In this document: positions 29,104 to 38,557 of the stretch, piece by piece
How the letters are laid out: each line of letters begins with the position of its first letter
Position numbering within the stretch: position 1 is the first letter of the stretch
Assembly: GCA_963843575.1 (NCBI GenBank)
Contig: CAWJKZ010000004.1
Location: 88,465-152,464, forward strand
Length of the DNA: 64,000 bases
From: an uncultured Acidobacteriota bacterium
Lineage (GTDB): Bacteria > Acidobacteriota > UBA6911
Direction of reading: 5' to 3'
Position numbers and translations under genes: made by a program
The notes under the pieces: model-generated
Database searches by the model: none
What the model saw: the letters and a program-made list of their open reading frames with translations, nothing else
Told to the model about the DNA's origin: nothing

Positions 29104-29619
29104 ATGAAGCGAGCATGCCTGGCATGGGCGGCCGTCCTACTGGTGGCAGCCGCATCACGCGCACAAGGGCAATCCGAACCCCAGCAGAATCAGGATCAGT
29201 CCCAGCTGCAGGGCCGTGGCAGGGGCGGCGCACCGTTTGCCTGGAACGACAGCAACAAGGACGGCATCTGCGACGTCACCGGGCAGCCCGTCGGCCAGCG
29301 GCAGACCGGTTTCGGGCGGGGGCGGCGCATGTGGGCCGCTGTCGGACAAGCTGCGGGTCAGGCCGCGCCAGTGTATGGCCGTGGCAGCGGCGGCGCGCCG
29401 TTTGCCTGGAACGACAGCAACAAAGACGGCATCTGCGACGTCACCGGGCAGCCCGTCGGGCAAGCCAGAGCGATCCGCAACGGCGGCAGCCGGGGCCGCG
29501 CCGGCGGCTTTGCCTGGGGTGACACTGACGGGGACGGTGTCTGCGATTTCACCGGCAGGCCCGTGCGCACCGGCCGACGCGGCCCCGGGCGAAACCCGGC
29601 GGTCCAACCGAAGCCTTAA
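29104..29619 (+). CDS. Secreted protein with three FAW-D-x-[ND]-x-DG-[IV]-CD repeats and Gly/Arg-rich linkers
   Basis: Signal peptide MKRACLAWAAVLLVAAASRA; FAWNDSNKDGICDVTGQPVG twice plus FAWGDTDGDGVCDFTGRPV; DNA direct repeat ~29224-29297 / ~29389-29462. Confidence 0.8.
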   Translation: MKRACLAWAAVLLVAAASRAQGQSEPQQNQDQSQLQGRGRGGAPFAWNDSNKDGICDVTGQPVGQRQTGFGRGRRMWAAVGQAAGQAAPVYGRGSGGAPFAWNDSNKDGICDVTGQPVGQARAIRNGGSRGRAGGFAWGDTDGDGVCDFTGRPVRTGRRGPGRNPAVQPKP

Positions 29620-29736
29620 AGTCACGCCACACGGGAACACGCCACTTGTTTCCGCGAAGCTATACTCTGCGAAACAGCAAGACGCCAGCACCGTCTTCCG
29701 ACGCCAGAAGCCCCGGGCGATCGCAGGCTGAATTCG

Positions 29737-30744
29737 ATGATCGAACTGGTTAAGACGGCGTTGATGATCACCGGTTTTGTACTGGGGATGATGCTGCTTA
29801 TCGAGTATCTGAATGTCCTCAGTGCCGGATTGTGTCAAAAGCGCCTGGCGCACCACTCGTGGGGGCAGTACCTGTTGGGAGCATTTCTCGGGGTCACACC
29901 CGGATGCCTCGGAGCGTTCGCCGCAGTCGCAATGTACTCGCACGGGGTTCTGACCCGCGGGGCGTTGGTCACCACGATGATAGCCGCGAGTGGTGATGAG
30001 GCTTTCGTGATGCTCGCAATGGTCCCCTCCCAGGCTCTGGTCGTCATCGGCATCCTGTTTGTGTTCGGGATAACGGTAGGTGTCATCATTGATCTCGTCA
30101 GCCACAATCGGCGTGCGCCGGACGGCTGCCTCGAAATACACCGGCAGGACCGTTCCGAATGTTACGCCCGGGGACGGATCTTCGATCAATGGAGAGAGTG
30201 CTCTGCAGCTCGAGGCACGCTCGCCGTGGCATTGATCCTGTTCCTCGGTGCCGTCATCCTCGGCCAGCTGGGTCCTTCGGAATGGGATTGGATACGCGTC
30301 ACCCTGGTTTCAATATCGGGTATCGCACTGTTTATCATAGCCACAGTCTCCGACCATTTTCTTGAGGAGCACCTCTGGCGGCACGTGTTTCGAAAGCACG
30401 CCATGCGCATCCTTCTGTGGACGCTTGGCGCACTCTTCGCCATGCACCTCCTGATGGATGTTCTTCAACTGGAAACCACGATACGGAAAGGGAAATGGGT
30501 GGTTCTGCTGGTTGCGTGCCTGGTCGGCCTGATCCCTGAATCCGGCCCTCACCTGATTTTCGTCACGCTTTTCGCCCAGGGGGTGATACCCATAAGCATC
30601 CTCCTGGCAAGTTCAGTCGTTCAGGACGGCCATGGGATGCTCCCGATGTTGGCCCACTCGCGCCGCGAGTTCCTGATTGTCAAGGCAATCAACTTCTGCG
30701 CGGGTATCGTTCTTGGTGCGGTCGCGCTGGCACTCGGTTTCTGA
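29737..30744 (+). CDS. Putative manganese/metal transporter (DUF2899-like)
   Basis: Multi-TM with PGCLGAF, GDEAFVMLA, DHFLEEHLW, LIPESGPHL, QDGHGMLP. Confidence 0.8.
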   Translation: MIELVKTALMITGFVLGMMLLIEYLNVLSAGLCQKRLAHHSWGQYLLGAFLGVTPGCLGAFAAVAMYSHGVLTRGALVTTMIAASGDEAFVMLAMVPSQALVVIGILFVFGITVGVIIDLVSHNRRAPDGCLEIHRQDRSECYARGRIFDQWRECSAARGTLAVALILFLGAVILGQLGPSEWDWIRVTLVSISGIALFIIATVSDHFLEEHLWRHVFRKHAMRILLWTLGALFAMHLLMDVLQLETTIRKGKWVVLLVACLVGLIPESGPHLIFVTLFAQGVIPISILLASSVVQDGHGMLPMLAHSRREFLIVKAINFCAGIVLGAVALALGF

Positions 30745-30884
30745 GTGCTCCATTATCGGCATGCAATGGCATACACGGAGGTAGTCGGGTCGACGTCACC
30801 CCCTTTTTGCGGCCCGTGCAAAGCTCGCTTTCGATGGCGGTTTCTATGGACATATGCGCAAGCAGCTTCTTCAACCTGGCATGT

Positions 30885-31670
30885 TCATCCCCCCCGAGAG
30901 CCTTCAAAACAATCCGAACTACCAACGCGCCGGGGAACCGCTTTCCGCCTTCGACCCGCGGCAGATCCAGTTCGGAGTCTGCCTTCGATTCTGATCCGCT
31001 TTGCGGCCACGGCCCGGGCAGGTGGCGGTGTCTTTAATTTCTTATAATAGGAGTGGCTTGTGTACAGGGCCGCCACCGGGTTGTGCCCCAGAACACGGTC
31101 CTTTGCAACCAAAACGGTCGCTGGTGCGCGCGAGTGCATGAAGAAAAGGCTGTCGTGGCCCACACACAGCCCGATGACCACGTTGAGCTGCGTGCCGGCG
31201 GCGGCCAGGAGAGATGCCTGGGCGATCGGGTTACACAGAGCCTCGAAATGGCCGGGATGCACTTTCTCTATATCCTTCAATCCTATTTTCCCCTTTTCGA
31301 TCGACCCTACCTTGCAGCAGATTGTGTGCACCTGAAAACCGTTGCTGAGGAAGATATCACGTGCGATTTTTGCTTCCTCGATCAGGCCCATGCAGTGCGC
31401 AATGCCCAGATTAGTCGCGCCAATACGGCGCGCGAAGTCCATAATCTCCTCGACGCGTGTGCTCCGACCATAGCCGGCTGCCTCCGTACGCGCCGACTCA
31501 CGTGCCAGCTTCTGCAATGCCTGGTCCTCCAGATAGCTCCTCTCGACGCTTGCCAGACGCTCGCACTCGACAGGCATGGGGCAGAATGACGGGGTTTTCT
31601 TTGCGCCGGGTTCATCGGAGCAGGCTTTGATGCTACAGAGAGCGCATCTCAGTTCGCCATGATCCTCCAT
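30885..31670 (-). CDS. DUF1847 family Cys-rich putative metal-binding protein
   Basis: CxxC..C..FCP, TRVEEI, GIAHCMGL, CCKVGSIEK, CNPIAQA, GLCVGHDSLF, KDRVLGHNP. Confidence 0.88.
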   Translation of the reverse strand: MEDHGELRCALCSIKACSDEPGAKKTPSFCPMPVECERLASVERSYLEDQALQKLARESARTEAAGYGRSTRVEEIMDFARRIGATNLGIAHCMGLIEEAKIARDIFLSNGFQVHTICCKVGSIEKGKIGLKDIEKVHPGHFEALCNPIAQASLLAAAGTQLNVVIGLCVGHDSLFFMHSRAPATVLVAKDRVLGHNPVAALYTSHSYYKKLKTPPPARAVAAKRIRIEGRLRTGSAAGRRRKAVPRRVGSSDCFEGSRGG

Positions 31671-31851
31671 GATAGCGGTATCCTCCGTTGGGCAGTCGAA
31701 CGGCAGTTCAGATGGAGACTTCGGTTACGTAAAGAACCGATACGAGCTGATGTCCGCACCGCGTTCCTGGGCTTCATTGTCCATTTGCGGACAGCTGCCG
31801 AGGTACCGGTGACGCCCTGCGCGCGACGCTCACGCGGCGCAAGCGTCTTTG

Positions 31852-32691
31852 CTATTGCTCCAGCGCGATACGATCCCCCGTCGAGTTCGAGACAAAGGCC
31901 GGGCCGAACTTCTCCCACAACGCGAACTGTCCTCGCAGGCCGGTACAGTGGCATGGAGCGATCCTCGAGATCTCAAACTCCTGCAGATACTCGAGAGTCC
32001 TCCCGATCCTGGTCTCGTCGGCATCGATGAGATGCGTTCCCCCGATCACCAGAGAGAAGCGCGTCGTGTTCGTCAGTTCGGCCGCGTAAAGCAACGTGTT
32101 CACGATGCCCGAGTGGCCGCAGCCCAGCACCAGGACAGGGCCACCACGCTGATCAAGTATCAGCGCCTGATCGTCCTCCAGGGAGTCCTGAATGGGGACC
32201 GTTCCTTCCGGCGCCGCCGTGAGGAAATGCGCCGGAACCTGCTCGAATTCCGTCACACGGGGGATGGGCCCGGTTACGAGGATTCCAGGCCCAACCGCCA
32301 CGGGCCTCGTGCAGCTGAGCAACTGCATACCGGCGTGTTCGAGCGCTTCCCGACTCTCCGCCACGCCGATCGATCGGAGTTCTCCCTGTTTGTTAGAGTA
32401 TTTGGGGGAGAGGGCGGAGGGATGGGCAAACACGGGTCGGGGACCAATCTCGGCTAATAGCCGCGGCAAGCCTCCGGTGTGATCACGGTGCCCGTGACTG
32501 AGTACGATTCCTGAGATCCTCCTCAGATCGATTTCCATTCGACTCGCATTGGGATTCAGTGCGAAACCCTGGCCCGTGTCGAATAGAATGTCTCCATCCG
32601 GCATGGTGATCAGGAACGACAGGCCGTGTTCGGCGATCAATCCCAGCTTGCGAACGGTATTCTCTACCAGCGTCAAAATCGTCATGCCCAT
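31852..32691 (-). CDS. MBL-fold metallo-hydrolase
   Basis: AEHGLS, LFDTG, SHGHRDHTGG, DDQAL, GCGHSG, GGTHL, PCHCTG. Confidence 0.9.
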   Translation of the reverse strand: MGMTILTLVENTVRKLGLIAEHGLSFLITMPDGDILFDTGQGFALNPNASRMEIDLRRISGIVLSHGHRDHTGGLPRLLAEIGPRPVFAHPSALSPKYSNKQGELRSIGVAESREALEHAGMQLLSCTRPVAVGPGILVTGPIPRVTEFEQVPAHFLTAAPEGTVPIQDSLEDDQALILDQRGGPVLVLGCGHSGIVNTLLYAAELTNTTRFSLVIGGTHLIDADETRIGRTLEYLQEFEISRIAPCHCTGLRGQFALWEKFGPAFVSNSTGDRIALEQ

Positions 32692-32712
32692 GCGGAGTTC
32701 CTCGGGGACGGT

Positions 32713-33417
32713 CTATTGACCTTGCTCGAGTGCATATTCGAGCGCCTTTCTGGCGTGCAGGAGGGTCGTGTTGAACAGGGGCAGCGGTGAATCTCCTGGA
32801 CCCAGGAGCAGCGGGATCTCGGTGCAGCCCAGGACGATCCCCTCAGCCCCTTCTTCGGCCAGCGCTTTAACTATCTGGACGAAAGTGTCGCGCGAAGCGG
32901 CACGGATCTCCCCGCGGCAGAGTTCATCGTAAATAACCCGGTTGATTCTCTCCTGGGCGCTGTCCGGCGGCACGAGAACATCGATTCCGTGACGGGCGAG
33001 GCCATCGCGATAGAAGGCCTCCCGCATCGTGAAAACGGTGCCGAGCAGCCCGATCTTCTTGAGACGGGAGTCCACGACAGCGGAGGCGGTCGCGTCGACG
33101 ATGCTCAGCAACGGCATGTCGACGGCAGCCTGAACCTCCGAAAAAACGATGTGCATCGTGTTGGTCGCGATCAGACCGAAATCTGCACCCGCCTGTTTGA
33201 GACACTGCATGCCACGAGCCATTTCGCGCGCGGCGCAATGCCACTCAGCCCGGCGTTGCCACTCCACGAACTTCTGGAAGTTCACGCTGTAGATTATGAT
33301 CTCCGGATAGCCGTAGTCCCCGTGGGTTTTGGTATAAGTTCGGGTAATCTCTTCGTAATAGGTAACCGTGGATTCCGGACTCATGCCGCCGAGAATTCCG
33401 ATGTTGCGATACACCAT
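32713..33417 (-). CDS. Aspartate/glutamate racemase family protein
   Basis: IGILGGMSPEST, IATNTMH, GLLGT.FTM, LGCTEIP. Confidence 0.92.
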   Translation of the reverse strand: MVYRNIGILGGMSPESTVTYYEEITRTYTKTHGDYGYPEIIIYSVNFQKFVEWQRRAEWHCAAREMARGMQCLKQAGADFGLIATNTMHIVFSEVQAAVDMPLLSIVDATASAVVDSRLKKIGLLGTVFTMREAFYRDGLARHGIDVLVPPDSAQERINRVIYDELCRGEIRAASRDTFVQIVKALAEEGAEGIVLGCTEIPLLLGPGDSPLPLFNTTLLHARKALEYALEQGQ

Positions 33418-33504
33418 GCCTCCTCATGCGATTTGAAAGGGGAACGATTGCTGCTCGAATCCGATAATGGCCACCACTGCGCGCCGCTCGGAGACACCCG
33501 GAGA

Positions 33505-33936
33505 TCAGGGCCGTGCCCGGCGCCGACTGGGACGCCGCGCGGGTGTGGTGCGCTGCATTCTCCGCGCAGTCCGGACAAACCGAGCCATCGATTTGGACAC
33601 GTGCTCCAGGACTGTTGCCCATTCGTCGAGGTGCGCCTCCCCCTTTGCGGTCAGCTTGTACACGTGCCGCGCCGGACCGGCCTCTTCGATATCCCATTCC
33701 GAAGTGACGTTGCCGTTCGCCTCCAGCTGGTGCAGGACGCGATAAAGAGCAGCGCGCTCGATTTCAGCGTCAGTCAGGGCATATGCCTGCAGGTCGGCAG
33801 ACAAGTCGTAGCCGTAGGACTTCCCTTTCTGCTTCAAGAGGAGAAGGACCACCGGTTCGACGAAACGATACAGATTCCCCATGGCGCAGGTGCATGGATG
33901 GTTCCGTCCGTGCCGTGTGCAAGTACGTTTTGGCAT
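33505..33936 (-). CDS. PadR family transcriptional regulator with Cys/His-rich N-terminus
   Basis: SYGYDL, LYRVLHQLEANG, GPARHVYKLTAKG winged helix; N-terminal CTRHGRNHPCTC. Confidence 0.88.
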   Translation of the reverse strand: MPKRTCTRHGRNHPCTCAMGNLYRFVEPVVLLLLKQKGKSYGYDLSADLQAYALTDAEIERAALYRVLHQLEANGNVTSEWDIEEAGPARHVYKLTAKGEAHLDEWATVLEHVSKSMARFVRTARRMQRTTPARRPSRRRARP

Positions 33937-34044
33937 CTAGCCTCCTGGTGCAGCGTGCTTGTGATCTTTCGCCACCATGCTTTGAATTTGAATCACGCGC
34001 TCAAAGTGGAAACCGCGGTCGCTCAACAACGTGATTATAGGCGA

Positions 34045-34063
34045 TAGATGTACCATGCATCTA
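34045..34063. promoter_or_regulatory. Palindromic operator TAGATGTA-CCA-TGCATCTA upstream of padR
   Basis: Same half-sites and spacing as 29021-29039; ~110 nt upstream of the padR start. Confidence 0.75.
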
Positions 34064-34335
34064 CATGGATCCTCAGTAGGAGTATATCCTGTGAGTTCGG
34101 CTGCACTGGCGACAGGGAGTTCCCGGAATGGCTCCGATCACCGCCTGGATGGCGAGCGATTGGCGGGCGGCCTTGACGCCTGGAACGGCTTACGCGCCGC
34201 CGTGCTAAACGTTGACGTTTCCTCTCTCGTAACCTGCCCGTTCAGGCGAGGGAGACCGTCGCACCTTCTACGCCGGAATGGCAGAGCCTGTTCGGGTCGC
34301 GCCTCCAGAGACGGTCACCCCACCGGCAAGAACGA

Positions 34336-34357
34336 GGGGCGGCTGCTGGGCCGCCCC
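34336..34357 (-). terminator. GC-rich hairpin downstream of the 34389-35156 gene
   Basis: GGGGCGGC-N6-GCCGCCCC; only a weak U-tract. Confidence 0.4.
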
Positions 34358-34388
34358 ATGGTGGATAACTTCGGCTTCGACCTCTTAA

Positions 34389-35156
34389 TCAGTCCTCTAT
34401 CACTATCGGGATCTGGGCCATCACGAGGCCGCGCAGGTGAAGCGCAAGCGCGCACACGGGCTCGCTGCAGGTAATGCGGACAAACCCCACCTCGTCCGTG
34501 AGATCAGGGAACAGCTCAAAGAGAAATCGTGCCGTCTGGGAGTGAGGTCCCAAGTTGATCTGAGTGGTCCCGAGCACGGTCACCCCATCTGAACCGATGA
34601 CTTCCAGGGTGCAGATCGCGGTCTGATTCGTTGAGGCATTCGTGAGCGCCAGCCCTATGCCGGCCCCGTCGGCCTGGTCGGCGTAAAAGGCGGCCCGGCG
34701 GAACTGCTGGCCCGGGACCACGATGGCTTCCGACACAATGTTGCCAACGCCGTCGAGCAGCTGGAGCCGGGACTGGACCTGGATCCGGTTCTGCGATTGG
34801 ATCATCGCGTATCCGGCCTGCATCGCACCCCCGCCGCCGGACTGATAGCCGACCGCAGCACGGGCGCGAATGGGTTCCGGATCGAACTGCCCGCCGGGCC
34901 CCGCATGCGCAGGGGAACCGGAACCGCCGCGGCGCCTCATTTCAAGCTGAATAGGTGTGCCGTTGTTGTCGTAGAAATTCAACCGCACCTGTGCCTGGGT
35001 CTGATCCTGATTCTGCAGTATCAGTGTCGTGCGCCATTGGAACGGGCCGGCGCTGCCGTCGAGAAACTGAGGGACACAAACCTGCGTTTGCGCCAAAGCG
35101 CTCGCGCCCTGCAGCCAGAGTGCCGCAATGCCAAATGTGAGTAAGTTGCGAATCAT
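34389..35156 (-). CDS. Secreted hypothetical protein (beta-rich)
   Basis: Signal peptide; VPQFLDG...WRTTLILQN, GYA, GLALTN, ARFLFELFP pattern recalled from Acidobacterial secreted proteins. Confidence 0.7.
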   Translation of the reverse strand: MIRNLLTFGIAALWLQGASALAQTQVCVPQFLDGSAGPFQWRTTLILQNQDQTQAQVRLNFYDNNGTPIQLEMRRRGGSGSPAHAGPGGQFDPEPIRARAAVGYQSGGGGAMQAGYAMIQSQNRIQVQSRLQLLDGVGNIVSEAIVVPGQQFRRAAFYADQADGAGIGLALTNASTNQTAICTLEVIGSDGVTVLGTTQINLGPHSQTARFLFELFPDLTDEVGFVRITCSEPVCALALHLRGLVMAQIPIVIED

Positions 35157-35240
35157 GATCGTACTCCTCGATAACCGATTGGGTTGCTCATGGGCTCACC
35201 AGAGAGCCCGACTTTTTCTCAGATCTTCCCTGTTGAGGTC

Positions 35241-35257
35241 TGCATTTCATGTTCCAG
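35241..35257 (-). promoter_or_regulatory. Possible sigma-54 promoter
   Basis: Minus strand CTGGAACATGAAATGCA with GG-N10-GC spacing, ~85 nt upstream of the 35156 start. Confidence 0.4.
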
Positions 35258-35654
35258 GGGTCGCGAGAAAACGAGGGAGGGTTCTTTCGGCCAGCGAAAC
35301 CTTGTAGTAACAGCCGCATACGTTCCATGCCCATTCCGGCCTGAACTGCGCGCCCGAAGCGCGGGCCGCAGTATTTGCATGGCGGAAGTTGTCGCGTGCA
35401 GACTTTGCACTCGACTCCTCGACGACGATCAAGGTGATTGCGATGCCAGGCGCACCTGCCGGCCAGCCAAGGCAAGGTTGCCTGGAACCGTAATGGCAGG
35501 TATATTCCGATCGAAAAATAGGCAACGGCACTCACGGGAGCGGCTGGGCGGCTGAGGGAGCCATGTTGCGTGTCCGTCTGTAGCGTTGCCCTGTGGGGAG
35601 GCACGAATGGAGAAGCGCAGGACAGCCTGGTTCAGGGTGCTGCTTGGCATGCCG

Positions 35655-35745
35655 TCGCGTGCTCATCGAAATGAGATCCTTCGCCGGCACAGAGCCGCTG
35701 AGAGACGATTTGACTCTGCTGGTCGTCCGCCTCGTGCCGCCCCCG
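35655..35745 (+). pseudogene. C-terminal remnant of a PP2C/SpoIIE phosphatase
   Basis: VLIEMRSFAGTEPLRDDLTLLVVR matches the DD.T motif ending SpoIIE domains; the rest is absent. Confidence 0.55.
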
Positions 35746-36308
35746 GACACAGGAGGCGCGCAACCAAACGCATGAAGACGGGATAGCGACATCTCAGATG
35801 GGCTTTCGAGCAACATGGAGTCCCTCCCGGCCAACCTGAGAGTCTGTCACAGAATAACAGGCCCACTTTGGCGCGAGCGCCGGGCGGGAGATTCAGTTTC
35901 ATCAACCGCGCGCCGCTGGACATGCGCCCGCAGCCGAAGTTCGAGTCGCGCGCCGTGGTCACCGACGCCTCGCGCAAGATGTACCGCCCCAAGGCGGAGC
36001 CCATCGTCGCGCCGATCGCCGACAAGGTCCTGGACCTCGGGCAAATCGAGGTGAAGAGGGGCGGCATCCTGGTCAAGCCCATCACGGCGCGCCTGTTCAG
36101 AGCGGTTGCGTTGATGCCCTCCGAGGTGAGGGACACCGCGGTCTATGAGCAGTTGGGCTACTGCCAGATGAGGAAGCGCCGCTACCGGGAGGCGCTGGGC
36201 CCGTTCGAAGCCGCATGCAAGATCAATCCGCGTTCGCCGGGGGCGGCATATCTCCTGCGGTCCTGCTGCAGCAGGACCGGACGGTCGGGAGCGACAGGAA
36301 GGTTGAAC

Positions 36309-36761
36309 GTGCTCGACATATTCATCGATGCCGACGGCTGCCCCGTAAAGCAGGAAGTGTATCGCGTCGCGCAGCGATACAGCTTGCACGTTACTGTTGT
36401 CGCCAATTCACGGATCACCATACCGTCCGGGGATTGGGTAGATCTCGTCGTTGTTGAAGGGCAGTTCGACGCCGTCGATGACTGGATCGTGGAGCATGTC
36501 GCGGCGAACGACATCGTGATCTCGGCGGACATCCCCCTGGCGGCGCGCTGTCTCGATAAAGGAACTCTGGTTCTCGGTCACCGCGGGGATACGTTCACGC
36601 AGGATTCCATCGGCGAAGCCCTTGCGAGCCGCGCGTTGCTGGCGCATGTTCGGGAACTCGGAACAATAACGAGGGGCCCCGCTCCGTTCGACAAGCGTGA
36701 TAGATCCCGTTTCCTTCAGCGCCTGGACGAGACCATTCAGGCAGCTCGGAGGAGAGGGTGA
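36309..36761 (+). CDS. YaiI/YqxD (UPF0178) family protein
   Basis: From GTG 36309: IFIDADGCPVK, VVAN, DAVDDWI, ADIPLAARC, FLQRLD. Confidence 0.9.
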   Translation: MLDIFIDADGCPVKQEVYRVAQRYSLHVTVVANSRITIPSGDWVDLVVVEGQFDAVDDWIVEHVAANDIVISADIPLAARCLDKGTLVLGHRGDTFTQDSIGEALASRALLAHVRELGTITRGPAPFDKRDRSRFLQRLDETIQAARRRG

Positions 36762-37025
36762 GCCGCACTCCACCACGGCTCCTCGCCGGCAACCGAACGG
36801 TTGGTGCTTCAATTCTCCTGCTCGGATTCCATCTGCTGTGGATTGCTTGATCCTGAACACAAAAACGGCTCAGAAGCTCCGCGATCCGGGAGCGATCTCG
36901 CCGCCGGGCCCACGGCCCGCGGATGCCGAGGACAGGACAGGGCCAGACCCCTGCGCCGATGGAGCCACCTCTCAGTCCGCCCTTTACGCTTGCCACCTCA
37001 GAAACTGAATTGATAGCATGGCGGC

Positions 37026-37073
37026 GGTGATGAGGTTCGCCATAACCGGCACCTGTACCTGATGGCTCCTACC
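37026..37073 (+). ncRNA. Fluoride (crcB) riboswitch-like aptamer
   Basis: GGTGATGAGGTTCGCC-ATAA-CCGGCACCTGTACC-TGATGGCTCCTAC follows the fluoride riboswitch pattern (GGyGAUGgaGUUCrCC...UAA...CUrAUGrCuyCUAC). P1 GGUGA/UCGCC pairs fully; the pseudoknot pairing is imperfect. Confidence 0.72.
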
Positions 37074-37111
37074 TTGAGGCAATCCTCGGGAGGGGACTGC
37101 AAAAACAGGAG

Positions 37112-37152
37112 ACCCTGCCTGAGCTGAAGTTCGGGGAGGGTTTTTCTGTTTT
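37112..37152 (+). terminator. Intrinsic terminator in the leader of the RND operon
   Basis: ACCCT-G-CCTGAGC-TGAA-GTTCGGG-G-AGGGT stem-loop followed by TTTTCTGTTTT, between the aptamer and the TolC-like start. Confidence 0.8.
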
Positions 37153-37276
37153 GAGCGGTCTCATCCGGGGATGTGCCGGGGTGATCCAGCCCCACGTTCG
37201 CACGCGGCGGAACGAACCGCCCTCGGTTTGAAATCGATTCAGTGTTTGCGCTCAATCACGATGAGGGAATTAATCC

Positions 37277-38557
37277 GTGCGCAATCTCTTTTTGATCGTA
37301 GGTTTTCTTGTAGCATCCGTTATGTGCGCACCCGCGCAGCAAGCCTCTCAAGTCCTCACATTGCAGGATTGCATCCGGCTGGCAGAGGCGGCGCCGTCGA
37401 CGGTGAGCATTGCCGAACGGGAGCAGGAGATCGCGGCGCGCGATATTTCACAGGCTCGCGCCGGCTACCTCCCGCAATCTCATCTGGCGAACGGCTTCAC
37501 CTACAACAGCCCCTTGCTCTACAACCGCGAGGTCTTCAGTCACCTGCCGCTGAACGGGATTCGTGAATATGCGATGCTTCTCAGCGTGAACCAGGAAGTC
37601 GACACATCCGGCCGACTGCGCGCCCAAATGTCCAGGGCGCGCATTTCACGGGAAATAGCATCCACGGGCATTACGCTGGCCCGGCGCGACCTCAAGCGGG
37701 CGGTAACGGCTTCTTATTACCAGGCTCTCCTGACACGGCGCATCGTCCGGATTGCGCAAGAGGCGCTCCTGGAGGGCCAGGGCTTCGAGAAGCGCACCAG
37801 CCTGCTGTTCGACGGGGGAGAGGTGGCACAAGCCGATCTCGTGAAAGCTTCGGCGCAAGCAGCCTTCCTTCAGCAGGCGGTGAATGCCGCGCAACTCGAC
37901 CAGAAGCTCGCCGAGCAGGAACTGGCCTCTTTCTGGACCGCCGACGTGGCCCGGCCACTTGCGCTGGCCGACGTTCTCGACGATGCTCCTCCCGCCCCCG
38001 ACGGCGCAGCCACGCAATCCGCCCCCTTCCTCAAGCGCCCTGAATTCAGCCTTTTCGATGCGCAGCAGAGGGGCTTTCAGGCCGACGCGAGGCGCGCGCG
38101 GGCCGACCTGCTTCCGCAGTTGGGCGTAGCCTTTCAGTACGGCATCGATTCCACTGCCGTCGTGATACGTGATCGTGGCTACGCCGCCTTTCTCAACCTC
38201 ACGATCCCGATCTTCGACTGGAACAGGGCGCGCTCAGCGATGCAGCAGGCACGGCTGAAAGAACAGCAAACAGAACAGACGCGCGCTATGTCCGAGCGCG
38301 CGTTTTCGAAAGAGTATCAAAACGCGCTCGCGCGGGTTAGGCAGCTCTTCGAGCAGATCCCATTGACCCAACGCCAGGCGAAACTCGCAGAGGATGATCT
38401 GCGGTTGAGCCGAATCCGCTATGAGGGCGGCGAGGGATCGGCCCTGGACGTCGTGACCGCGCAAAATCAAGTGGCGCAGGCAAGGACGAATCAGTACGCC
38501 ACGATCGCGAATTATCTCAATGCCAAGGCAGACCTGGAGGTTGCAGCCGGACGATGA
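37277..38557 (+). CDS. TolC family outer membrane efflux protein
   Basis: Signal peptide; ARAGYLP, LLPQLG, IPIFDW, RYEGGEGSALDVVTAQ. Confidence 0.9.
   Translation: MRNLFLIVGFLVASVMCAPAQQASQVLTLQDCIRLAEAAPSTVSIAEREQEIAARDISQARAGYLPQSHLANGFTYNSPLLYNREVFSHLPLNGIREYAMLLSVNQEVDTSGRLRAQMSRARISREIASTGITLARRDLKRAVTASYYQALLTRRIVRIAQEALLEGQGFEKRTSLLFDGGEVAQADLVKASAQAAFLQQAVNAAQLDQKLAEQELASFWTADVARPLALADVLDDAPPAPDGAATQSAPFLKRPEFSLFDAQQRGFQADARRARADLLPQLGVAFQYGIDSTAVVIRDRGYAAFLNLTIPIFDWNRARSAMQQARLKEQQTEQTRAMSERAFSKEYQNALARVRQLFEQIPLTQRQAKLAEDDLRLSRIRYEGGEGSALDVVTAQNQVAQARTNQYATIANYLNAKADLEVAAGR

Noticed and set aside
29224-29575. Direct repeats as a possible CRISPR array
   Set aside because: Repeats are in-frame coding units with synonymous changes, only three copies, and no cas genes are present.
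30885-31035. C-terminal extension of DUF1847 as an extra domain
   Set aside because: Low-complexity Arg/Ala-rich tail after YYKKLK; more likely stop-codon loss or an indel.
35868-36761. Apparent 297-aa TPR-YaiI fusion
   Set aside because: YaiI homology starts at GTG 36309; the upstream part looks like unrelated fragments that happen to be in frame.
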